This document shows, one piece after another, positions 1 through 50,297 of a stretch of 64,000 nucleotides of DNA (the stretch's first letter is position 1; the number at the start of each line of letters is the position of its first letter). The stretch is taken from NCBI GenBank assembly GCA_964252035.1, contig OZ176215.1. The stretch is one strand, 5' to 3'. The stretch is from Podarcis erhardii. Lineage: Eukaryota. Under the pieces are notes generated by a model. The model saw only the letters and a program-made list of their open reading frames with translations. It was not told where the DNA came from and made no database searches. The translations under genes were made by a program, and so were the position numbers.

Positions 1-84
1 GTGTGCTTTCGAACTGCTAGGTTGGCAGAAGCTGGGACCGAGCAACAGGAGCTCACCCCATCGTGGGGATTCGAACCACCGACC
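1..84 (-). mobile_element. Sauria (Squam1) SINE, partial, cut by the window edge
   Basis: Reverse complement of the SINE head/body (ggttcgaatcccc...gagctcc...cctagcagttcgaaagcac). Confidence 0.9.
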
Positions 85-2100
85 AAGGTTTAATAGTTGC
101 TGAGGAATAACTGTTCCAAGTCAACTGTGACTATGTGGGCACATTGTAGAGCTTTTTGAGCATCTATTGCACTTCTGTTGACCTGAAGATATGGACATGG
201 AGAGAGCCAGATAGGTAGATAGGTTGTGTTGCTTTTGACAATCATATTTGTAACTGATTGAATGCAATCCGTGTGTTGGGCCTGATGCATTCATGTTTGA
301 AGACAACATTAACACAGAGAATCTTAATATTCTACCAATGCAATGTGAATTATGATCCTTTGTGGAATTATGGAAATGAAGTGGAATGATGGTCAAGTAG
401 TAGAGAGTACAAGGTTCCTGCATTTGAGAACATGTATGCATTTTGCTTACTGATTCTGAGCTTGTTGACTCAGATGATGAAGGAAATACTTTGGTGCTTG
501 GGAAGTATAATTAAAAACAAACACCCTGACCTGATTTATTTGTAACTGCAGAATCATGCTTTGTTTCTTTATGTAAAGAAATTAAAAAACTAACAGTAAT
601 TGGTGCTTGAGTGAAGATAAAAGGAAATGTGCTTCCAGAATTAGTTAGTTACATTTATTACCTACTGCAAAACATTTATCATTCTCCTCTTCTGGCATCA
701 TTAGTTCTGCTCTGTACCATATTATTACATAAGAAACTAGTAATAAATAAATTAAAAGCTATCCTTTACTTATGCACTCATTTACATGTCCCAGATACAT
801 TGATTCCATTATTTCCCTGTGAAAAGCATGTTAATCACTTTAAGAGTAGCCCTTAATTATCAAAATCATTAGACGTCTATATATCTTTGTCTAGAACAAG
901 GATACTGAAGCTTTTAACAGTAGGCTTCTCAACTATAGCTTTCTGAAATGTGATTAAAGCCATAGCAACATGAATTGAACAACGCCCGTGATATGTCTTG
1001 AATCTAAGTGATTGACCTCAGAATGGAAAGAGAAAAACCTGAAAAATAGCAGTCACACCACATACCCACATTGGCATTTAGGCTCATCTTTTTCTTTTTT
1101 ACTTCTTAAAAATAAGTTTGTCTCATATTACTAAGGGCTAGAACAACTTTCAGAAATTTTCAAGTGGATTATGCATGTGACTTTCAAGAAAGCCCAGTAG
1201 CTAAAAGAGTTTTGCATTTAATAATTAAATGTTAAAAAAGAGAAATGTGAAAGGAATACACATCTGCTTAACTAAAACACTGGTAATTTCATCTTTCTTT
1301 GTAAGGTCTTAAATTCTTCCTTATAAAAGTCTGTCTTGAAGTTGCCTAGTTCAACACAATTCCCTGCAAGACCCTCTGAGATCCTATAAACTAATGTCGG
1401 TATGGTGTACTGGAATGCACCCGGTGGAGGTATACGTATAGGTATAGGTACACTTTCCCTTGGACATGCTCAGTAGTACAAAACCAAAGAGCATTCTTGG
1501 GCATGTGAACTAGATGTTTATTTCTTTTGATTCTGGTCATTTTGCTCCTTTGACCTAAAAGCATCATGCAAACATTGTGGGAATATGAGTATTGTGTTTG
1601 ATTATTCATTATGATCATAAGCTCCCCGTGATTTCATTGATAAAACTCTTGATGTTGTAAAGCTGAATTGCGTCTATGTTTATTAGAATCTCAATATTTA
1701 TGTTACAACTTTAAGTTCAAGAATAGAGTTATTTGCATTTTCTAGTTGAAGAGTATTCAACTCTTAGGCTGCAATCCTATACACTATTACCTGGGAGTAT
1801 ACTCTGCTGAGCTCAGTAAGTCTTGTTTCTGAGTAGACATGTATCAGATCACACTATTAGCCACTGGAAAGCTATCTTACACAATGTTTTAGGCCTAGGA
1901 ATTAGCATTCTTCAGATATCTTGGCTTGTATTTAAATACTAATGAAAAGCAGACTTATTGCTTAACCCAAACATTATTTAAAGGATGTGCTATATCTACT
2001 TGCAGATATTTAGTGCCTATCCTACTAAAATTGTAATGCGTGATAGAATTAACATAAAGATAGTCTTTCACCTTTTAAAACGTGTGCTACTTTTAAACTC

Positions 2101-2458
2101 GGGACGCGGGTGGCGCTGTGGTCTAAATCACAGAGCCTAAGGGTTGCCGATCAGAAGGTTGGTGGTTTGAATCCCCGCGACGGGGTGAGCTCCCGTTGCT
2201 CAGTCCCAGCTCCTGCCCACCTAGTAGTTTGAAAGCACATCAAGTGCAAGTAGATAAATAGGTACCACTCCGGCGAGAAGGTAAACGGCGTTTCCATGCG
2301 CTGCTCTGGTTTGCCAGAAGCGGCTTAGTCATGCTGGCCACGTGACCTGGAAGCTGTTTGCAGACAAACACTGGCTTCCTCGGCCTATAGAGCGAGATGA
2401 GCGCGCAACCCCAGAGTCGTCCGCGACTGGACTTAATGGTCAGGGGTACCTTTACCTT
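2101..2458 (+). mobile_element. Sauria (Squam1) SINE, full length, 13-bp TSD TACTTTTAAACTC
   Basis: gggacgcgggtggcgctgtgg head and (acctt)n tail; TSD at 2088-2100 and 2459-2471. Confidence 0.95.
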
Positions 2459-4390
2459 TACTTTTAAACTCAGATATTGAAATCCTACATAGGAAGCTTA
2501 TCCTACCTTCCTTTTGTAGAAGGAACTATTCTTTTTTTAGATACTTATATATGTTATTGAGATGTTTATTTTATTAATTATTTCTTCCATAAAATTTATG
2601 CATTGCTTGATTGTTTTAAAAAACCTTCAAAACAGTTTACAAAATCGATAAAACAATAAAATTATCAATAAGAAAAATTATCACAATAATTTGAAACTTT
2701 TGAAAAGCTAAAATAACAACAGACTAAAATTAAATTAATACTCGCATCAACTTTCTAAACATCTGGGTAGGCTTCTCTAAACAAAAATGTTTTTAGTTAA
2801 TCATGTTTAATTCAATGACATTTAATTCCAAGTACACATGCATATTTTTAGGTTGCTACCTGGTCATGAAATATTTCTGTCCTATTACACCATTTGCTTT
2901 AAATAACATGGGAAGACTTTAGATTTCAGACAATGAGATCCAGTAATTTCAAGTTATGCACAAAGAGGCGGAAGTGATATTTGATATTTAATTTGGAGTT
3001 GCAGTTGCTAAGAAGTCATTGCTGTGGAGTTGGAAGGTGCAAGTTTCTCTCTCCAAATGTTGTAGAAATACTTCTGTTATGTGCCTTGGCTTTGTGGCTG
3101 CCATTTTTGGCATATAAAAAGTAACCATTTCATTGAAAGTTACTGTTTTTAATGTTTTTTCAGATACTTTCCAAGTAAGAATGGGCCAGGGTGCGGGGGA
3201 GCTTCTGACTACTGGTTATCATTCCTTAACACTAATAAGACTGTTGGTATTTCTGACCGTTGCTTTCCATCTCTGTTTGTTTGTTTTAAGAGATTTCTAG
3301 ACTGCCTTTTAGGGCTATACTGTCACAAGGTGACTTCCAATATAAAAACACACAATGGATATATGGAGAAGATTGAGTGTTCCCATAGTGGAACTTTCCA
3401 GGCTCCTTCCCCCGCATGATACCCGCTTCTGCTGCTGCCTCCCCCCCCCCCAATGTTCCTAACTGTTGAAGGATCCTCTGAAACTGTAGAATGGAGCAGG
3501 GAGGGCTTCAGAAACCAGGGGAGTTTGGTGCTGCAGAAGCAGGAGTAATTTCTCTGCCTGCACAAAACTGGTAATGCCCAAGGAGGAGTGATTTTTCTGC
3601 TTGCACAAGACATCTTTGGATCCACACACAAACACACACACACACTCCGTAAGTGAGTAGACCATGACAGCAATAACTTGATTAGTAACCGCCCAACATA
3701 GGAACCACACAAACAGCTAAAACTATTATATGTCACTTCATACTGGTTCAATTAAACAGAATTCACTGTAGTGACAACCACTAGCTTAGATGTCTTTAAA
3801 AGGAGATTTGCAGATTGAGAAAGCTGTTGAGTTTTATTGTTGTCTCTATAGAAAGAACAGTTGACAGGCCCCAGTGGGTTTTATTATCTAAAACATAGAC
3901 AGTAGACGTTATAAAGGCAGCCAGTGAAATCTGGGCAAACATGGGCATGGCCTGTGGGAAGTGCTGGACTTTCTACATGTCCTGGTGCAAATGACCTCAG
4001 GCAGCACAGCTGAGGAGCAGGGAGAGGAAGGCAAGCAGCACAGAGGAGCTGTGGGGGCAAACTGCAGGGGAGTACATACCCAATCCAGGTGAAAAGCTGC
4101 CAGGTTGGAGGCTACAAGGAAGGAAGTGTTAGGCTTAGGTAAACAAGCTTGGGGAGCCGAACCTCCATCCCAGGGAGGGTGGTTGGGTGACCCCAGGATC
4201 TAGTAGTTACTCTAGTCAAGAGAGAGGAACATGTGACCAGCCAGCATTTCCCCTAGCTGCAACAGCCCTGTCACTGGACCAAACCCTGCTGTTTGGAGAC
4301 CTAGTAACCTTAAGGGGGGATCGTCACTTTGCTCCATCCCTGTGGCACTTGGGGGAAGAGACAGACCTTCAAAGAAAACCATGAGCAAGA

Positions 4391-4426
4391 AAGAGCCAGT
4401 GGAGAAAGAGCCAGTGGAGAAAGAGC
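4391..4426 (+). repeat. 15-bp tandem duplication AAGAGCCAGTGGAGA, 2.4 copies
   Basis: Seen directly. Confidence 0.9.
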
Positions 4427-5571
4427 TCAACCTTTAATCCATGAGGAGGACAATAAACTATAAGCCTTTGGCTAGACAGACCTGGAAGCAGGAGATTCTT
4501 TACCTAGAGAGGCCTCCAGCATTGTAAACTTAACTACTAAGGGCTTCTTCTTGGGGAGAAATGGAGGTGAGGAGGTTGGCATGCTTTTGCCTGGGAAAAT
4601 TCCATAATTGTTTCTCTCCTGTGTAAGTGGAAAACTGAAGTTGTCTGCAGCATCCTTCCATTGTGGGACACTGGTGACAATGACCATGCTGCCTGGAATT
4701 GAAAGGGGCAGAAATTCTGACAGCCCCTTTTGGGCTGGTTGGTTTAAGGCCATGTTCAATGTTTCCATGCCAGGGAATTCTAGATTATCTTTGCATGACT
4801 TCATTGAATGTGATCCTTCTTTTGGATAAAAATATTAGTGCATGTAAGATTCCTATAAATAGTATAGAAGAAAGATATAACAGCTGAAGTCCTTATAACA
4901 TTTTGCTGTTTTCTCCATATGTACTCACCCATTGCGTTATTGATGGGCAGTATTCAAGTAATTTAAATTACCTTTTGCTTTATTATATTTTATTCATGAA
5001 CTTTTTTCAAGATTTCCATCAAGCATTAAATATATCTTATGCATCAAATTATGTTATGACCGCTTAATTGAAGAACTGCCTACCATTTAAGTACCATTTT
5101 ATTATTAATCCTTGGTTTTCATTCTATTCTCACTACTGTAAATGAAATACCTTCAGACTTGTCCTGTCCATGCTTTATTCCCAATGAATAAAGTACTGTT
5201 TCTAGTTGAAAAAGTACAAAATAGTTGCTCATTTTGAGCTAATTGCACCCTTCAAGTTATTACAAGTGTTATTGGGAAACTATGCAAAGATAGTTGTGCT
5301 GACGACCTCAGTTCATCAAAGTTTTATCTTGACAGTGGGCATTGGCAAGGTCCTTCTCTTGTAATGTTGTGGCTGTTAAACCTCCTCACTGGGGCTGGCA
5401 GGGGCTGATGGGAATTGTAGTCCAAAACATCTGGAGGGCATCAGGTTGGCAAAGGCAACTTTGAAAGAGTATGAAACATGCTGTTGGAGATTGTATTTGT
5501 CCTTACTGTTATTACAATTCTTTTCTGTTTCTAGATTCGTTTGTAAATGCATATCAAACAGGTAGCCAAGA

Positions 5572-44805
<39,234 letters not shown>

Positions 44806-46503
44806 GAGCTGGAATAGCAATAGAAAATGTTGGGGAAGCACAATCCCAGCACCACACACTAAGCTCAACCAACACCTCTTGACTTTGGATGAAACTCTAA
44901 GACAGCATTCTGAGTGGCTTTGGTGAGCAAGGTTTCGTTAACCCAGCACTTGGGCAAACCCAAATAGCTAAATGAGCTGGATTAAATTATTAGCCCGTGA
45001 AGCCTGAACTTTACAAATGGCCCTGTAAGGCCAAGTGTCAAAAAGCTTCCAAACTTCCGTTGGTGAAGAGTGAACTGAATGAGATGCCACTGAATCGACA
45101 AGGCTGAAACGTAAGGGAAGGAAGTCTCTAGGACTGTATTGCAAGACTTTTCTTCATGGAAAACACCTCTGGCGCTTGGGTGATGTTCTGCTTGTTGCTC
45201 CTCACCTAAGTACAGGAAAAACTTTTAATCATCACCTAGTTATTGCCTTATTCTATCTCCAGCTCCTCAAAGTGCACAATTCTTATAGGAAGTAGAAGGG
45301 TGTCTTCTCCCATTGAGTTCACCTGACTGAAGAATGGTGTCAAATCCTTGGCCTACTCTCAGTGCACAAAACGAAGAGTCTGTGTTTAAGCCTACCTCTC
45401 TTCTCCATGGCTTCCAACTTTATTACTGGATGGATTCCAGCCTTGCACATTTGATTCCCAACTTTGAGGATATTACATTGTGCAGGTGATCGGACACACT
45501 GCAATTTGTTGTGCTTCCAAGAGAATTTAGTTTATATGGAATTTACTTTTATTTGGCAACGTGTAACCTTTCCTTTACAGGAGCTCAGATGATGCATCAC
45601 CTGAGATTAAACTGGTTGAAATGATTGTTTTGATCGTTGGATAGGTTAAGCTCCTATTCAGAAAAGAACTTTCTGCAACTAGCAATAACTGCTTCTTGTC
45701 CCTACGGCCTGCAGGTAGCTTTGCAGTGTGTTCTGATCTGATTGTCTGCCAAAAGCAGCAGCAGTAGCTGCTGCCTGTTCCCAGGTTTATCTAAAAGGGC
45801 CTTCCATGGGCTTCCCTTTCAGGAATGACTTAAATGAATGGAGCATTCATAGGAGCAGCAGCCATGATTCGTAGATTGTGCCTGTGAGCTGAAAATTGAC
45901 CTCCTATAAGCCTAGTTTAAAATGTGGGATCAATGCTGGCGAGAGAAGAAAATGCAGAGTTCAGGACGTTTGTACTGTGGTGTTGAGTCCACTTGGCACA
46001 ACTCTCTGGGAGAAAAGCATTAAAGCAAGTGCCTTACTTGGCTCTGAGGTAAGAGGAGCTCTAATTGCAAGGCAGTGCACAAAAGGCTTCAGACATTTGG
46101 TGGTAGCAGCCGCAATGAGGCTTCTATGGTTCTGTCCTTCTCTAAGAAGGCCTCAGCGCCTACCATCTTTTTCCTAGATGCAGAGCAACTGTTAGTCCCC
46201 CCCAAGTGGAGACCCAGTTACTGCTGAGGGATAGGGATCTTTTGAGTCCCCCATTTTGATGAACCCCATATCCCTGTTACTTATAGATGTATTTAGCTTT
46301 CATTTTTCCCTAACAGCCCAACTAGAAATAATCCTCTTTCTTTCTTTTTTTCAATCCTTTCTGTGTGCCTAGAACTCTTAAAGGACACTTTTTGAATGTC
46401 ATAGGTATATGAATGGTCACGAATGTAGCCCCGGTCCAAGGTCTGCTGTGGAAGAGTCACTGTGACAGGAGCAGGTGCCAAACTGAATTTTGGGACAAGT
46501 CGG

Positions 46504-46509
46504 AATAAA
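46504..46509 (+). terminator. Candidate proximal polyadenylation signal AATAAA
   Basis: Canonical hexamer within the presumed 3'UTR; use is not demonstrated. Confidence 0.3.
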
Positions 46510-47527
46510 CTTTGAACCTTTCATTGTGCCTCCAGTACCCCCTGCCTTGTACATGGTTTCATAGCTCAAGGAATACAAGCAAAACTTACATGTGGCTATA
46601 AAATGGCTGGTGAGCTCCCATTGCAAGTGTTTAAATTCAACTCCTACTTTCCAGTGGTTTTTCTCCTTCCTCTCAAATTGTGAGGCTAATATCAAAGGTT
46701 CCTGCAAATACCTGAATGACTTTGGCTTTTGAGTGAACAGAGTTAGCATTTCCCAGTTAGGCACAAAGAGTTGCAGATTTTTTTAGATGGAACTCACCCT
46801 TCCCAAAAAACCCCCCAAAAGTCCCCTCCCCAACTTTTTGCTAGCCCTAAAATGAGGTACTAAAGATCATCCTCGCTGTGTTATGCTTTCTTACTGTTGT
46901 GGTACAAAGGAATTTGCTTCAGGTCCCTTGCTTGTGAACTTAAGATGTATTGCTCTACAGGTGCACCTCTCTTTATTTATTGCATTGCAATTGAAGAAGC
47001 ATTTTTTTTTTCTAGTGAGCTGTCTTCCTCCTACACTTGACAGCATCTTATTTTATGGACTTTGCTTGAGTCCAGTGGTGACGAGACTCATGTTGAGCAG
47101 AATCCTGCTTCTAAACTCTTCCTCTACAGTCACAGGGAAGAGCTGATCAGGAGGGCATTGATGAAAATAGGACTGAGTTGTGCAAGGAAGTGAAGGGTAA
47201 AGGCGAAAGGACTGAAGAGTGGGAAATGTTCTGCAGATGGAGCACAAGGAAAAGAAAAAATGTGTTTCCTTGCATTGATTAACCAAAACCTTTTATGGTA
47301 AAGACTGAACTACCAAGGGAGATGATTTCATCAAGACAAGAAGCACTCAGAGGGATGAAGGAAATTAAGTTTTAAAAAACACACATCCCATTTTGCAAAA
47401 GAAGAAAATCTTTGCTCTTGGTTAGATAACAAGCTACATAAGTATTCTTCCATTCTTTATTCACTTTTTAATGACTGATTAACATGTTACTGTAAAGTAC
47501 ATTTCTTGCTGGTTTTGTTTTTGTTCT

Positions 47528-47533
47528 ATTAAA
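47528..47533 (+). terminator. Candidate distal polyadenylation signal ATTAAA
   Basis: Preceded by TGTA and U-rich tracts, followed by GU/U-rich sequence. Confidence 0.55.
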
Positions 47534-48259
47534 TATTTTTAATATACCGTAAAATCAGCCAACAGTGTGCCTGGGTTTTTCTTATCACATTTCTTTAGAT
47601 CCTGCAAATGTCCCCGCATTTTAATGTGTCTGCTTTATAAAAAGAAATTAAAAGGAGCTCATGGTGTTAAACACAAGCAAGTGAAAACAATACCTGGCGG
47701 TTTGGGGGATTCTCTTGCAGACACTTTAGTGAGGTCTTCCCAGGAGTTTTGTCTTGGTCTTTGTGTTAGATGAGCAAAGGTGCTTTGAAGGCATAGCTAT
47801 CTCTAACCTCCGTCTCATAAACTACACAGGAGGGGTCCTGCAGCAGGGTGAGGTGCTTCTGTTCAGGGTTCCAGCCACTCTCATCCCCAGCAGTCAGCAT
47901 ACTCAGTACTCATTTGGGCAGGAGGAGGGGAGTGGACACACAGTCCCTGCTGACTACATTTTTTACTTCTCTGGACAGCTCTCACTTCCATCCCTGGGAT
48001 CATTTTTTAAATCGCTTCCCTGTGTGAACCAGGAAATTGCCTATCCAGACCCTAAGTTGGTTCTTGATTCCTTTCTTCTTTCAGTCTCTCTTCCTCTGGT
48101 CTCCTGTTCCAACCTCTCCATTCTTCCCACCCAGTTTCCAGATTTTTTTCCTCTCAACCATCACTCAGCATTCTGTAGGCACTGAGCATGCTCACATCAC
48201 GGGATGATGTTCAAAGGGTACTCAGGGTTGTTCTATTCCTCCAAGGCAGCTATGCTTCC

Positions 48260-48415
48260 AAATATTGATTTCTGGAAACCAGGGGAGGGGAAAGTGTTCT
48301 TGTGCTCATGTTCTGCTCCCTGGTTTCCCGCAGGCTTATGGGGTGGCCACTGTGAGAGCAGGTTGCTGTACTAGGGCCATTGGCCTGATCCAGCAGGCTC
48401 TTCTTATGCTCTTAA
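48260..48415 (+). mobile_element. CR1 3' tail
   Basis: ggcctgatccagcaggctcttcttatgctctta, the reverse complement of the 38370 tail type. Confidence 0.75.
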
Positions 48416-48905
48416 ATCTCAGATGTCTGCCAAGCCTACTGGTGCCTCCCTCTTGTGAGTGCTATTTTGGCTCCGTGGCAAAAGGATTTAATTGGAGTTC
48501 GACTCAAGGGTGGCTTATCACTCAAGGAAATATTCGCACACCCCACCAAGGGAATAACCACTTCTGCAGTGCTTAGTATCAAGGCCTCACTGTTTATTTT
48601 TTATTCCATATATATATCCTGCCCTCCACACTCATGGCATCTAGAAACAAGACCAGCTGTAACAATATTACTCAAATATAGCAAAATGGAGACAGGTAAT
48701 AGCACCAGGTTTTTAAATATCTAGAAAAGCCTACCTAAGCAGGAAGGGGGTTTGCCATACAGTGAAACAGTGGGCAAAGAGTCCTACTGGTTGGATTTGT
48801 GCACAGAACAGGCTCCTTTCATCCCCATCAGCTGAGCCTCCACCATAGATCTTAGGGCATGGGTAGGAAATGGATCTGTAAGCCATCCTGCACCTAAGCC
48901 ATTTA

Positions 48906-49430
48906 CCATATTTTTCGCCCTATAGGATGCACTTTTCCCCCTCCAAAAATGAAGGGGAAATCTGTGCGTCCTATGGGGCGAATGCAGGCTTTCGCTGAAG
49001 CCTGGAGAGCGAGAGGGGTCGGTGCGCAGGCTTCAGGCTCCAGGCTTCAGGAAGCTATCCGCAAGCCTTGGGAGCCCGCGGGAATTCCCGCTAGGCTCCC
49101 AAGGCTTGCGGACAGCAGCCTGCAGCCCAAAACCTGGGGAGCGCAGTGGAGCGCACCCCGGGCTTTGGGCAGTTATCCGCAAGCCTGGGGAGACTGGCGG
49201 GAAGTCGCGCCGGTCTCCCCAGGCTTGCGGATAGCAGCCTGCATCCCGAAGCCTGGGGCGCACTGAACAGTTCCCGTCGGGCTCCCAAGGCTTGCGGATA
49301 GCAGCCTGTTCTGGGGGCTGGGGTCGGGGGAAGCTCGGGCTTCCCCCGCCCCAGCCCTGTGCCTGGGGGGGATTTTCCCCCCCTTTATTCCCCCCCCAAA
49401 AAAAAACTAGGTGCGCCCTATGGGGCAAAA
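48906..49430. mobile_element. Tc2/Kanga-like TcMar non-autonomous element with GC-rich internal hairpins
   Basis: Left end ta|ccatatttttcgccctataggatgcac; right end gtgcgccctatggggcaaaaa is an imperfect inverted copy. Family name is from resemblance only. Confidence 0.65.
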
Positions 49431-49558
49431 AGTTCCTTAGAGGTCATCACCAACACATGATAGGTGCCTGGAAAGGAATTTATAACCAGTGCAGCCCTTG
49501 CAGGAAAAATAGTGTGATCCCACCTGGTGAACTACGGGGCACTAGGTGTACTTCACAT

Positions 49559-49598
49559 CCTTATTGGGCACTGATAAACATATCAGTGCCCAATAAGG
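49559..49598. repeat. Perfect 18-bp inverted repeat with a 4-nt loop
   Basis: ccttattgggcactgata-aaca-tatcagtgcccaataagg. Confidence 0.95.
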
Positions 49599-49604
49599 GC
49601 ACTC

Positions 49605-50297
49605 CTTATCTCTCTCGCCCTGACCTAGCCACTGTGATCCACGCGACGGTCACCTCCAGACTGGATTATTGTAACTCGCTGCCCTTGAGACTGACCCAGA
49701 AACTCCAGCAGGTGCAGAATGCTGCGGCGAGACTCCTTATGGGGTCTTCGCTGCGAGATCACATTCATCCGGTACTATACCAGCTGCACTGGCTCCCGGT
49801 GGAGTACAGGATCAGGTTTAAGGTGCTGGTTTTAACCTTTAAAGCCCTATACTGCCTAGGACCCTCGTAACTACGGGACCGCCTCTCCTGGTATGTCCCA
49901 CAGAAGAACTTACGGTCTGCAAATAAAAACATCCTGAAGATCCCAGGTCACAGAGAGGTTAGGCTGGCCTCAACTAGAGCCAGGGCTTTCTCAGCCACAG
50001 CTCCAATCTGGTGGAACGCTCTGTCACAAGAGACTAGGGCCCTGCGGGACTTGACATCTTTCCGCAGGCCTGTAAGACAGAGCTGTTCCACCAGGCCTTT
50101 GGTCAGGGCGCAGCCTGACCCCCTCCTCTGGCAATCTGCACAGAATTTTGCTTAATGGTTGCCATCAATTTGTTTTTAATTAATTTTTATAATGAAAGGT
50201 TTTTAGAATGTTGGATTATTTTGATTGTTGTTAGCCGCTCTGAGCCCAGCTTCGGCTGGGGAGGGCGGGGTATAAATAAAATTTATTATTATTATTA
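49605..50297 (+). mobile_element. L2 LINE 3' end (relatively young) with (TTA)n tail
   Basis: Peptide SRLDYCNS...LQQVQNAAARLL...LHWLPVEYRIRFKVLVLTFKAL; tail gggtataaataaaatttattattattatta. Confidence 0.92.

Larger units (their letters stand above)
44806..47550 (+). other. SPECC1L: SPECC1L 3'UTR (approximate end)
   Basis: Follows the stop codon, has no recognisable transposon, and ends at an ATTAAA (47528-47533) in a U-rich context. End position is inferred. Confidence 0.6.

Noticed and set aside
49292-49870. 192-aa ORF as a novel protein
   Set aside because: It is a chance fusion of MITE sequence with an L2 RT C-terminal fragment that has an internal deletion.
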